A program made the translations under genes and the position numbers. A stretch of 64,000 bases of DNA from Pristiophorus japonicus (taxonomy: Eukaryota), in assembly GCF_044704955.1 (NCBI RefSeq), contig NC_091997.1, positions 22,754,001 through 22,818,000 of the forward strand, in the 5' to 3' direction. The notes below the pieces were generated by a model, which was given only the letters and a program-made list of their open reading frames with translations, was not told where the DNA came from and ran no database searches. This document shows, piece after piece, positions 13,747 to 25,854 of this stretch (within the stretch, counting starts at the first letter, position 1; every line of letters starts with the position of its first letter).

Positions 13747-13889
13747 TTTGCTAACCACTGAGCCACAGCTGACACTGAGAATAGAACTGTATGGCAAATA
13801 TCTCTCTGTTTGGGTAACAATTCTGCATTCAAGAGTTAATTTGGTGAAAGGTATCACTGAGTGCCAGTAGCATCAGTCCAAGGATGTTG

Positions 13890-14270
13890 GGGCATGTAAG
13901 ATTCTGAGGGGGATTGACGGGCTCGATGCTGGGGGTTTGTTTCCTACGGCTGGAGGGCTGGAGCTGAGGGGGCATGGTCTTGGAATGGGTTGGGTCAACC
14001 ATTTGGGACTGAGATGAGTAGGAATTTAATTGCTCAGAGGGTTGTGGGTCTTTGGAATTCTTTGCCCCAGAGGGCTGTGGATGCTGAGGCATTGAGTATG
14101 TTCGGGGCTGAGATAGATAGATTTTTGGACTCGGGGTCAGGGGGAGGGGTGGAATCGGGGGATGCGGAGATCGGGTGGGAGGGTGGTTTGAGGTTGGAGA
14201 TCAGCCATGATCTTGTTAAGCTCGCGGGGCTGTGCGGCATGCTCCTGCTCCGAATTCTTATGTTCTTATA
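13890..14270 (+). mobile_element. CR1 LINE 3' fragment, diverged
   Basis: FGTEMSRNLIAQRVVGLWNSLPQRAV and a ttcttatgttcttat tail. Confidence 0.85.
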
Positions 14271-14553
14271 TTGGAGCACCTGCTCACTGCAAAAATAAAC
14301 CTGGGTCTACAATGTGCTGCAGCCTGTTATTGAGTTTCCAATCTCAGCCCTGCCCTGCGAGGGATTTCTGTTTACAACCAAAGGAGGGAGGTAGATTTGG
14401 AGATGGTCACTTGCTGGCTGCTCTTACATATTCCTCAGTGCCCAATTCGGGGAGGGTTTGATGTGACTCTGCTAGTAAGCTGTCCATGTGTTTTCCAAGA
14501 AGGAATGAGAAAAAAACAGAGGGAATCTTAAAATGTTTTTTCTTAACGAAAGG

Positions 14554-14817
14554 TGCAATGTATGCACCTGTGAGTATGCTCACAGGTTTGTAGAGCTGTT
14601 GAGTTGTGAGTGGCTTAGCCAGTCACGTGATGTTCACAAGACTAAATAAAACCCCAGTCAGTTGGGTCTAGGTCATCCACGATGAGGCATGCAGTTGTGA
14701 GCTTTGTGGATTGTGTAGTGTGATTGTTAAACCTTTGTTAATAAACCGATTAGTTCTTAATAGCAATGTGTTGCTCTGAATTCCTAAGCAAAGACTCCAT
14801 GAAGCAAATACATTACA
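14554..14817 (+). mobile_element. Solo LTR (family A)
   Basis: tg(c)aatgtat...atacattaca terminal inverted repeat with internal aataaa. The same sequence forms the two ends of 23356-25029. No clean TSD. Confidence 0.75.
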
Positions 14818-14856
14818 GAAAGTTATTTGCATGTTTGTCTGGATTTATTCTAGAGC

Positions 14857-16222
14857 CTAGAAGACAGAAGGAGACCATTCGGCCCATCGTGCCTGTATTG
14901 GTTCTTTGAGAGAACTGTCCAATTAGTCCCACTCCCCTGCTCCTTCCCCATAGCTCAGCAAATCTTTCACCTTCAAGTGTTTATCCAATTCCCTTTTGAA
15001 AGTTACTACTGAATCTGCTTCCACCACCCTTTCAGGCAGTGCGCTCCAGATCATAACAACTCGCTGCATCAAAAGGAGTTTCCCTCATATCGCCTCTGGT
15101 TCTTTTGCCAATTATTTTCAATCTGTGTCCTTTGGTTACCGACCCTTCAAATCACTGGAAACAGTTTCTCCTTATTTACTCTATCGAAATCCTTCATGAT
15201 TTTGAACACCTCTATCAAATCTCCCCTCAACCTTCTCTGCTCTAAGGAGAACAATCCCAGCTTCTCCAGTCTATCCACATAACTGAAGTCCCTCCTCCCT
15301 GATATCATTCTAGCAAAGCTCCTCTGTACCCTCCCCAAGACCAGAATTGGCCACAATACTCCAGCTGGGGCCTAACCTGTGTTTTTTGTAGGTTTCGCAT
15401 AACTTCCTTGCTTTTGTACTCTTATGGCTCCATTTATAAAGCCAAGGATTCCATTTGCCGATTATAAGTCTTCTCAACTTGTCCTGCCATCTTCAAAGAT
15501 TTGTGTACGTACACCCCCCCACCTGGTCTCTCCGATCCTGCACCCTCTTTTAAATTGTACCATTTCATTGATATTGGCTTGTCTCATTCTTCCTACCAAA
15601 ATTAATCGCTTCAAACTTCTCAGCATTAAATTGCATCTGCCACGTGTCTGCCCATTTCACCAGTCTGTCTATGACCTCCAGAAGTCTATCACTGTCCTCC
15701 TCATTGTTTACTACATTTCTGAGTTTTGTATCATCTGCAAACTTTGAAATTATGCCCTGTATGCCCAAGTCCAGATCACTAATATATATCAAAAACTGCA
15801 GTGTTCCTAATACTGACCCCTAGGGATCACCATTCTATACTTCCCACCAGTCTGGAAAATGACCGCTCACCACTGCTCTCTGCTTGCTGTCCCTCAGCCA
15901 ATTTCATATCTCCACAGCCACTGCCTCTTTATCCCATGGGCTTCAATTTGCTAACAACCTTATTGTATGGTATTTGATCAAATGCCTTTTGAAAGTCCAT
16001 CTACACAACATCAATTGCTCTACCCTCATCAACCCTCTCCATTACTTCATCAAAATCTCAATCAAGTTAGTCAAACACAATTTGCCTTTAACAAATCCAT
16101 GCTGGATTTCATTTATTAACCCTTATCTTTCCAAGTGCCAATTCATTTTGTCCCGGATTATTGTCTCTAAACGTTTCCCCACCACCACTGACTGGCCTGC
16201 AATTGTCAGATTTATCCCTCTC
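14857..16222 (-). mobile_element. CR1 LINE, degraded RT and 3' end
   Basis: YISDLDLGIQGIISKFADDTKL and LFSLEQRRLRGDLIEVFKIM, with many stops and frameshifts. Confidence 0.92.
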
Positions 16223-16950
16223 TGCTATGAAGCAAGAAGCCTATAAAGCTGACGGTTTTACATCTGAATGAATAAAGTGGATTAATAATGGATTGGAAAA
16301 GATCATCGTAAGCACGAAATTGAAGATCAAAGAGAAACGGCATTACATCAGAGTCCAATAACCTGAATGAACTGAATGTATTTCCGATAACAGACTGGAG
16401 TTTTCTTGTTGAAAGTATTAGATGGTTATATACGATTTACGCAATACATTTCCTTTCATTTTAACCAAGGGAAGGATTTTTATTAAAACAATTGGTACTA
16501 TTTCCAGATCTAGCATCTGGCTTACTGCCGTCTCTGTGGAAATAGAGCATTCCAAATGCCTCCTCAAAGAGTGCATGCGTTTTTTATTTCAATGATGATT
16601 GAGACAAGCTGTATGAGAAATGGATTATGATTAAGTTATATTGAAGATCAAGTGGAACAGTAACTGTGTTATAAAACTCTTGGGACTCAATTCTATTGGA
16701 CGTTGTGGCAACACTAGTGCCATCTTTTTAAGTTTGAATGCAAATATGACCGACTGCACATGTGACTATTTCAATTATTGGTTGATATGGCTTCTGCCCT
16801 ATTTCTGTGCCAATTTCAGCCGCAGCACTATCTGCTGTTAAATACACCTCACATGATAAAAAATATATGGAAAATGTTCAGCTCTTCAGTGCTTTGTCAT
16901 CCACAGCAGCCAATACCTTGTGTACATCACAGGACAGATAGCTTAAAAGT

Positions 16951-17334
16951 AAGAAAGACTTGAATTTATATAGCGCCTTTCACGACCACCGGATGTCTCA
17001 AAGCGTTTTGCAGCCAATGAAGTACTTTTGGAGTGTAGTCACTGTTATAATGCGGGAAACGTGGCAGCCAACTTGCGCACAGCAAACCCCACAAACAGCA
17101 ATGTGATAATGACCAGATAATCTCTTTTTGTTATGTTGATTGAGGGATAAATATTGGCCAGGATACTAGGGATAACTCCCCCGCTCTTCTTCAAAATAGT
17201 GCCATGGGATCTTTTACGTCCACCTGAGAGAGTGGACGGAGCCTCGGTTTAACATCTCATTCGAAAGACAGCACCTCCAACAGTACAGCACTCCCTCAGT
17301 ATTGCACTGCAGTGTCAGCCTAAACCTTTGTGTT
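16951..17334 (-). mobile_element. Deu-type SINE lacking the tRNA head
   Basis: Reverse complement of the SINE body and tail. Confidence 0.9.
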
Positions 17335-17537
17335 AAATGCCCTGCTACAGCAAAATCTGGCCCAATACTTGTATCAACGGCCATTCCTGCAAATTTTTGC
17401 ACAAGAGAAAGGGAAGAAAAATGAACAAAATATATGAAAAAAGATAATTACATTGCTGATGTAAGAGAAATAATTTAATCACAAAGAAGCAATGCAGGGA
17501 TTAGAGGGAAAAAAACACAAAAAAATGGAGATACAAG

Positions 17538-17670
17538 GGTTAATTCTGCAATCTCTGTTTTGGAGCTAACTCGAAGGGAGTCAGATCCGTGATATGGTCA
17601 CTATAACCCCGATCCACACTCCCTGGGATCATGGCTTCCTGCTGGAAATGGAGAATGGCAGAAGTAGCCC
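17538..17670. mobile_element. Short MITE with imperfect TIRs
   Basis: The left end gggttaattctgcaatctc resembles the reverse complement of the right end, gggctacttctgccattctc. Confidence 0.5.
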
Positions 17671-18763
17671 CATAATATTTACAGAAATAAAAAGTAGGTC
17701 AAGATGAAACAAATTGAGGGAAAATATAGCAAAGACAGCAACTCTTATCGACATGAGCTGAGACGGTTTAATAATAGCTGATTTAATTGTTCCGATGAAC
17801 TTTGTAATAGCTGGCACTAATCGAATTTTTATAACTCAATATTAAAGTGTTGGATCTCCTGCTCTGATTTAATGATCTGCTTATATTCAATAGTCATATA
17901 AATATATTACTCATTATAATCATTTAGAATGTCAGCTAGAAGGTTAGCTAATTACAATCCACAAAGCAAAGTTTAGGGGGGCGGTGGGGGGGGAGAAAGG
18001 TTAACCATCTCAATGTGACAAATTATACTTGTTACTTATCAAGGCTTTTTCAAAGGATAACACTCATTGATTGGGTAGCTGGACCAGTAAATGGTTTTTA
18101 CGGATGGTCCAAAGTATTTGAACAGCCGCGTGCTGTGTTCACCATGGGACACACTCCTTAACTCTCTTGATTTAATTGCGATGTCTCGATTTTGCAAATA
18201 AATTTATCCTGACTTTGAGATGACATTTCCCAAATTGCAAAATGTCCTCCATGTTTAAATACTCTTGTTCTTTTTGGAGTTAAGAACTTGGCGGGGGGGG
18301 GGGGGGGGGGTGGGGGGTGATCAAGCAAGTCTGACGGTTAATATTTTACTTCTGTCAGGGGGATTAATGCTTTATTGATTTTTGATGGTGCATAGTTTCA
18401 AGTGTGTACCGTGAAAAATGTGCTAGTCCCTCTGGTATGGAGCCATGAAAAAATAAATTAAACATGAAACAGGCTAAAACTCCCCTGAGTTGTATTTGGA
18501 TTTGCAATAATGTATTAAACTCATTAACATATAAATAATAGTGTGAGAATGAGAATAGATATTCGATTATTTGAATATTCATGCTGCTGCACATTGTAAA
18601 CTAATATAGCTCTGATTTTGCCCATTTTGCCCATTTGCCGCTGATTTTTACATTATCGGAGTTAGATGTATTAATTGCTTGATTTGTGGCGAGCCAATGA
18701 TTTTAGCAATGTTATTTGGTGGAGGTGCAGGATTGAGATGAGATGCTTCCCTGTATCACCACT

Positions 18764-18882
18764 TAGAACATAGGAAATAGGGACAGGAGTCGGCTATTCA
18801 GCCCCTCGAACTTGCGCCGCCATTCAATAAGATCATGGCTGAACTTCTGCCTCAACTCCACCTTCCCACACTATCCCCATAT
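18764..18882 (-). mobile_element. CR1 3' UTR fragment that is the target of the next insertion; it resumes at 22155-22194
   Basis: agaacataggaaataggg...gcccctcga...ccattcaataagatcatggctga...ctatccccatat, continuing as ttcccttaatatccaaaaatgtatcgatctc after 22154. Confidence 0.8.
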
Positions 18883-21800
18883 GCCTCAAAGGTAGTAATC
18901 TCAGGATTGCTACCAGTGCCATCTGCTAGTCAGAGTAGGAATTGCAGGATAGCTAAGATGAATACGTGGCTTGAAGAGTGGTGCAGGGGGGAGGGATTCA
19001 AATTCCTGGGACATTGGAACCGGTTCTGGGGGAGGTGGGACCAGTACAAACCGGACGGTCTGCACCTGGGCAGGACCGGAACCAATGTCCTAGGGGGAGT
19101 GTTTGCTAGTGCTGTTGGGGAGGGGTTAAACTAATATGGCAGGGGGATGGGAACCTATGCAGGGAGACAGAGGGAAGTAGAATGGGAGCAGAAGCAAAAG
19201 ATAGAAAAAGAAAAGTAAAAATGGAGGGCAAAAATCAAAAAGGGCCACATTACAGCAAAATTCTAAAGGGGCAACGTGTGTTAAAAAGACAAGTCTGAAG
19301 GCTCTGTGCCTCAATGCGAGGAGTATTCGTAATCAGGTGGACGAATTAACTGCGCAGGCAGCAATTAACGAATATGATATAATTGGCATTACGGAGACAT
19401 GGCTCCAGGATGACCAAGGCTGGGAACTCAACATCCAGGGGTATTCAACATTTAGCAAGGATAGACAGAAAGGAAAAGGAGGTGGGGTAGCGTTGCTGGT
19501 TAAAGAGGAAATTAACGCAATAATAAGAAAGGACATTAGCTTGGATGATGTGGAATCTGTATGGCTAGAGCTGCGGAAAATGCTAGTGGGAGTTGTGTAC
19601 AGACCACCAAACAGTAGTAGAGAGGTTGGGAACATTATCAAACAAGAAATTAGGGATGCATGCAATAAAGGTACATGGGCGACTTTAATCTACATATAGA
19701 TTGGGCTAACCAAACTGGGAGCAATACGGTGGAGGAGGATTTCCTGGAGTGTATTAGGGATGGTTTTCTAGACCAATATGTCGAGGAACCAACTACACGG
19801 CTGGCCATCCTAGATTAGGTGATGTGTAATGAGAAAGGACTAATTAGCAATCTTGTTGTGCGGGGCCCTTTGGGGAAGAGTGACCATAATATGGTAGAAT
19901 TCTTTATTAAGATAGAGAGTGACACAGTTAATTCAGAGACTAGGGTCCTGAACTTAAGGAAAGGTAACTTCGATGGTATGAGATGTGAATTGGCTAGAAT
20001 AGACTGGTAAATGATACTTAAAGGGTTCACGGTGGATAGGCAATGGCAGACATTTAAAGATCGCATGGATGAACTTCAACAATTGCACATCACTGTCTGG
20101 AATAAAAATTAAAATGGGGAAGGTGGCTCAACCGTGGCTAACAAGGGAAATTAAGGATAGTGTTAAATCCAAGGAAGAGGCATATAAATTGGCCAGAAAA
20201 AGCAGCAAACCTGAGGACTGGGAGAAATTTAGAATTCATCAGAGGACAAAGGGTTTAATTAGGAGGGGGAAAATAGAGTATGAGAGGAAGCTTGCTGGGA
20301 ACATAAAAACTGACTGTAAAAGCTTCTATAGATATGTGAAGAGAAAAAGATTAGTGAAGACAAATGTAGGTCCATTGCAGTCAGAATCAGGTAAATTTAT
20401 AATGGGGAACAAAGAAATGGCAGACCAGTTGAACAAATACTTTGGTACTGTCTGCAAGAAGGAAGACACAAATAACTTTCCGGAAATACTAGGGGACCGA
20501 GGGTTTAGTGAGCAGGAGGAACTGAAGGAAATCCTTATTAGTCGGGAAATTGTGTTAGGGAAATTGATGGGATTGAAGGCCGATAAATCCTCAGAGCTTG
20601 ATAGTCTGCACCCCAGAGTACTTAAGGAAATGGCCCTAGAAATAGTGGATGCATTGGTGATCATTTTCCAACAGTCTATCGACTCTGAATCAGTTCCTAT
20701 GGACTGGAGGGTAGCTAATGTAACACCACTTTTTCAAAAAGGAGGGAGAGAGAAAGTGGGAAATTATAGACTGGTTAGCCTGGCATCAGTAGTGGGGAAA
20801 ATGTTGGAATTAATTATTAAAGATGAAATAGCAGGGCATTTGGAATGCAGTGACAGGATCGGTCCAAATCAGCTGGATTTATGAAAGGGAAATCATGCTT
20901 GACAAATCTTCTAGAATTTTTTGAGGATATAACTAGTAGAGTGGACAAGGGAGAACCAGTGGATGTGTTGTATTTGGACTTACAAAAAGCTTTTGACAAG
21001 GTCCTACACAAGAGATTGGTGTGCAAAATTAAAGCACATGGTATTGGGTGTAATATATTGACGTGGAGAGCTGGTTGGCAGACAGGAAGCAGAGAGTCGG
21101 GATAAACGGGTCCTTTTCAGAATGGCAGGCAGTGACTAGTGGGGTGCTCACCGCTAGGATGCCAGCTATTTACAATATACATCAATGATTAAGATGAAAG
21201 AATTGAGTGGAATATCTCCAAGTTTGCAGATGACGCTAAGCTGTGTGGCAGTGTGAGCTGTGAGGAGGATGCTAAGAGGCTGCAGGGTGACTTGGACAAG
21301 TTAAGTGAGTGGGCAAATGCATGGCAGATGCAGTATAATGTGGATAGGTGTGAGGTTATCCACTTTGGTGGCAAAAGCATGAAGGCAGAATATTATTTGA
21401 ATGGCGGCAGGTTAGGAAAAGGGGAGGTGCAACAAGGCCTGGGTTTCATGGTACATTAGTCATTGAAAGTTGGCATGCAGGTACTGCAGGCAGTGAAGAA
21501 GACAAATGGCACATTGGCCTTCATAGCTAGGGGATTTGAGTATAGGAGCAGGGAAGTCTTACTGCAGTTGTACAGGGCCTTGGTGAGGCCTCACCTGGAA
21601 TATTGTGTTCAGTTTTGGTCTCCTAATCTGAGGAAGGATGTTCTTGCTATTGAGGGAGTGCAGCGAAGGTTCACCAGACTAATTCCTGGGATGGCAGGAC
21701 TGACATATGAGGAGAGACTGGATCGACTGGACCTCTATTCACTGGAGTTTAGAAGGATGAGAGGGGATCTCATAGAAACATATAAAATTCTGACAGGACT

Positions 21801-22154
21801 GGACAGGTTAGATGCAGGATGAATGTTCCCAATGTTGGGGAAGTCCAGAACCAGGGGACACAGTCTAAGGATAAGGAGTAAGCCATTTAGGACTGAGATG
21901 AGGAGAAACATCTTCACTCAGAGAGTTGTTAACCTGAGGAATTCTCTACCGCAGAGAATTGTTGATACCAGTTTGTTGGATATATTCAAGAGGGAGTTAG
22001 ATATGGCCCTTACGGCTAAAGGGTTCAATGGGTATGGAGAGAAAACAGGAAAGGGGTACTGAGGTGAATGATCAGCCATGATCTTATTGAATGGTGGTGC
22101 AGGCTCGAAGGGCCGAATGGCCTACTCCTGCACCTATTTTCTATGTTTCTATGT
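18883..22154 (+). mobile_element. Near-complete degraded CR1 LINE: ORF1 esterase C-terminus, ORF2 APE endonuclease and RT, 3' tail
   Basis: ORF1 has SKVVISGLLPVP...YKPDGLHL (SGNH block V). APE has DIIGITETWL, GGGVALLVK, YRPP and SDHN. RT has YLDLQKAFDKV and KFADD. The tail is tttctatgtttctatgt. ORF2 is broken by frameshifts and stops. Confidence 0.95.
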
Positions 22155-22219
22155 TGCTTCCCTTAATATCCAAAAATGTATCGATCTCCGTCTTGTTGCT
22201 ATGTTTCATGCTTTACAGC

Positions 22220-22970
22220 TATCAGTTGGAGGAAGCCTGGCAGCGGCCATTTTGTAATAGTCTGCTGACATCATGGAGTTCCATCCACGATCATCCTGAA
22301 TGGAAACGTTATATTTCCGCATTCATTGCATTTGCCAAAATGCAGTGTTCCTTCAATATAACACGACTCCTGGGTTCCAAGAGTGTGAAATGTGAAGCCC
22401 GTTTATAAACAGGTCTAATAGTAGAAGCACTGTGTTGTGTAAATTTATTGCTGAAAATCAATGAATCAATGAAAACACACTGAGATAAAGTTTTGCTAGT
22501 GATGTCAGCTGTGGCTCAGTGGGTTGCACCCATGCTTCTGAGTCAGAATAGTTGTGGGCTCAAGTTCCACTTCAGCACATAAATTTAGGCTGGCACTCCA
22601 GTGCGGTACTGAGGGAGTGCAGCACTGTTGGAGGTGCTGTTTTTCAGATGAGATGTTAAATTGCAGTCCTGTCTGCCCTGTCAGGTAGATGTAAATGATC
22701 CCATGGCACTATTTTGAAGAAGAGCAGGGGAGTTATCCCTGGTGTCTTGGTCGATATTTATCCCTCAATCACCATAACAAAAACAGATTATCTGGTCATT
22801 ATCATATTGCTGTTTGTGGGAGCTTGCTGTGCATAAATCAACTGCCGCTTTTCCTACATTACAAAAGTGACTACATCCCAAAAGTACTTCATTGGCTGTA
22901 AAGCACTTTTAGATGTCCGATGGTCATCAAAGGCGCTGTATAAATCCAAGTCTTTCTTTTCTTTTTTCTT
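22220..22970 (+). mobile_element. Deu-type SINE (22503-22970) with ~280-bp 5' extension (22220-22502)
   Basis: tRNA head tgtcagctgtggctcagtggg at 22503. The whole unit is an inverted copy of 13013-13746. Confidence 0.88.
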
Positions 22971-23423
22971 CCAATCTTTGGTTGTAACTTCTGCAGAAAC
23001 ACTGGAGAAATGTTTACCCCATTTCTCTGGAGTTTCCGATAATCTTCTGTGAAGTTATTGCGGGAGATCGGGAGGTCCCCCGCAGAAAGTCCACCTCAAT
23101 GTAAATTTGGTACCCAAGTAAAAAACAAATTGCATCTGAAATAGTTGTAAAATCGTGCGTATCCAGAGACAACTGCAATTAACGGAAAACTCCAGGTTTG
23201 ATAGCAGCCCTTTCTGAAAAAGAAGGGGTTATTAATGTATTGCAGTGGGTCAGATACTAGGATCTGGGTTCAAATCCAGACCAGATGATAGAATTGGAAG
23301 CTTCCCCTCTCTACTGGCTGTAATGGTCCTATACGGAATGGGTTTTAATAGTCTCTGTAATGTATTTGTTTCATGGTTCTTTGCTTAAGAATTCATAGCA
23401 ACACATTGCCATTAAGAGCTATT

Positions 23424-23765
23424 TGGTTTATTAACAAAGATTTAACAATCACACTACACATTACCAGTTCATCCACCAGCTCAATTTCCCAAGATGAACA
23501 CCCCTTACTTTGATGAAACAACAAAAGTGAGAAAAAAAACTGATAATCCAGTATTTTATTTATGTTCTTCTCTATCTCTAAACATTTGCTTCAAGAGCTA
23601 TTGTTGAGCTGTAGCCTGAAGAACATTTCAGATTTCTGGTTGCTCTGTCACTTTCTCTCCTCTTACAAACAGCATTTTCTACTTCGAGTTCAAATCAGTG
23701 ATCAGTGGATGGTGGCAATATGCAAGCACTCACGCACACACCATTGTAAATTGTGCTGCTGCCCA
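23424..23765 (+). repeat. ~340-bp direct duplication, copy 1
   Basis: Near-identical to 25242-25585. Both translate to LQELLLSCSLKNISDFWLLCHFLSSYKQHF. Confidence 0.92.
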
Positions 23766-24944
23766 TTTTCCTCAATCAATTTGCACCAGCGTAATTGAAT
23801 TAGTTACGATTTTTTTAGGTTCGTTTTTTTTTTCAGTTCTGCCCATTTAGGCAACTTTGGCCAGCGAATAGTTACTCCAAATCTACTTAGGCCAGCGTAT
23901 GTGGCACTTCAGAAAACCCTTGCGGAGAGTTAAAGAAATCGCCGCAGGCAGGTACATCAGAGGCCATTCGGCCTGGGATAGGGGCGGGAAGCGGAGAGGA
24001 CCTGGACCTAAACCACCAAGCCTTACAAACCACCAAACCTTGCAAACAAAACCTCGAATGATAGGCTACGTAAAAATAGAAGCTTGACACTGCAAAAAAA
24101 ATTTGCTCAACTAAACGGTAGTAAATGCAACCAGTTCCATAAAGGAAAAAGATATTCCATTCCTCAGCATTTATCTTAATGCACAAACAAATTCACTAAG
24201 ATACTCTGTCATAAAACTATAGGGTAAACTCAGCAGTCCCACAGGAGCCATGCTTAAAGAGTTTCCTTTGGGTTTTCTTTGAGTACAGCCTGGAGGCCAC
24301 TTGGCCAGGGCTAGGAGTGGGCAGGAGAACTGATAGAAATCACTGGCATACAGGAGCTATTATGCTCGTAATAAAGGATGAAACTGAGTACTGTATGCAA
24401 TGAGTAAGTGTGACCTTAGTTCCTTTAATTAAACTCCAGAGTGCTGTTAAGACGTGGGTGGCCTGCTTAGATACAGTGCTCCCAAGGGATACTGGGATCC
24501 CTTGGGACTCCAACAGGTAGGCCTCTGGTGGTGATGTGATACAGGTTGCCAGGGGTTACATACACAACAGGAGCACTATCAGTTCTCCTGCCCGCCCCTA
24601 GCCCAGCAAAGGAGGCAGAATAAATGAAGAGAACTTTACCTGAAGGAGTCCATCGCCACGTTCTGAAAGTGAGAGAGCCCTACAGTTGTTGCAGATTCGC
24701 AGCTACTGCGCATGCGCGGACATCACCAGCGGACTCCACTACGCATGTGCAGAAGTCCCGGCACAGTTTTAGGCGCAGAATGCTGGCTCCACTCCTGACT
24801 CGACTCGCCATGCTGTGCGACTGCAGTGAAGAGGCCGGACAGCGGCCAAAGTGGCAACAACATTTTTCGCCGCACCTCGGAACGCAGATAAGCGGCGCAA
24901 CTCCGGTAAGTGTGCCGACAAATGGGCTCGGCCAAAATTGAGGC
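23762..24944. mobile_element. Non-autonomous DNA-transposon-like element, Harbinger-type termini
   Basis: Begins gcccattttcctc, ends ggccaaaattgaggcc, and has GC-rich subterminal regions. It contains a solo LTR. Confidence 0.5.
24358..24569 (-). mobile_element. Solo Gypsy LTR, TSD GGAGC
   Basis: t(a)ttatg...acaaca with ggagc on both sides. It shares the gctcccaagggat..tgggatcccttgggactcca core with the proviral LTRs. Confidence 0.85.
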
Positions 24945-25241
24945 CATTGAGTCTTGTGAACATCAAGTGACTGGCTAAGCCACTCACAATGCAACAGTTC
25001 CACAAACCTGTGAGCATGCTCACATTACAGTCTCAATCCAGGCTGTAATGGGTATGGGCCTACTGCACAAAACTGCCCTCATTTGTAATTGCACTCAGAT
25101 GTTGGACGTGGAAAAATGTCACCCTGGTACAGCAGGAAGTCCTCGTCTGGGTTGGGACAGAGCCATTTTGCTGGTGCAGAGGTGAGGGAACTTAACTCTG
25201 CATCTGGTCATACCGAATTTGGGAACGTAACTTGCTGCTGA

Positions 25242-25585
25242 TGGTTCATTAACAAAAGGATTAACAATCACACTACACATTACCAGTTCATCCACCAGCT
25301 CGATTTCCCAAGAGGAACACCCCTCACTTTGATGAAACAACAAAAGTGAGAAAAAAAACCTGACAATCCAGTATTTCATTTACGTTCTTTTCTGTCTCTA
25401 AACATTTGCTTCAAGAGCTATTGTTGAGCTGTAGCCTGAAGAACATTTCAGATTTCTGGTTGCTCTGTCACTTTCTCTCCTCTTACAAACAGCATTTTCC
25501 ACTTCGAGTTCAAATCAGTGATCAGTGGATGGTGGCAATATGCAAGCACTCACACACACACCATTGTAAATTGTGCTGCTGCCCA
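25242..25585 (+). repeat. ~340-bp direct duplication, copy 2
   Basis: Near-identical to 23424-23765; both copies end at ttgtgctgctgccca. Confidence 0.92.
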
Positions 25586-25854
25586 GTATAGCAGAAGGAA
25601 CAATATCTGCTGTGTGCCAAAAAAGGCTCAAACCCATGCAGGTAAGTCACCTCATGATCAACTAGCGACAATCCTCTTTGGGAAGGGAGAGGTAAGCTGA
25701 GTCTCTTTGGGGTCTAGTTGGCTCCCAAAATGAGACCCTCAACGATGGGAACTTGGATTCGAGTCGGTTTTCTGCAGCAGACCTTGTCACATAATGCTTG
25801 TGTCGTGTGGGGAGTACAGTACTCCCGAGCAATGTTAACCAAAAAGTTTTGCTC

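Larger units (their letters stand above)
23356..25029 (-). mobile_element. Family A solo LTR split by ~1.46 kb of inserted DNA; TSD GTCTC
   Basis: 23356-23483 and 24947-25029 are reverse complements of the 3' and 5' parts of 14554-14817. gtctc flanks both ends (23351-23355 and 25030-25034). Confidence 0.8.

Noticed and set aside
14549-14822. TSD around the solo LTR at 14554-14817
   Set aside because: The flanks aaagg and gaaag do not match in register, so no TSD is claimed.
18291-18318. Poly-G tracts (also about 17975, 30249, 39457, 52680) as functional G-quadruplexes
   Set aside because: Two are expanded Gypsy polypurine tracts. The others are homopolymers with no supporting context and unreliable lengths.
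23562-23798. Duplicated small ORF (also 25406-25591) as a gene pair
   Set aside because: The start and stop positions differ between copies and there is no recognisable domain. It reflects the DNA duplication only.
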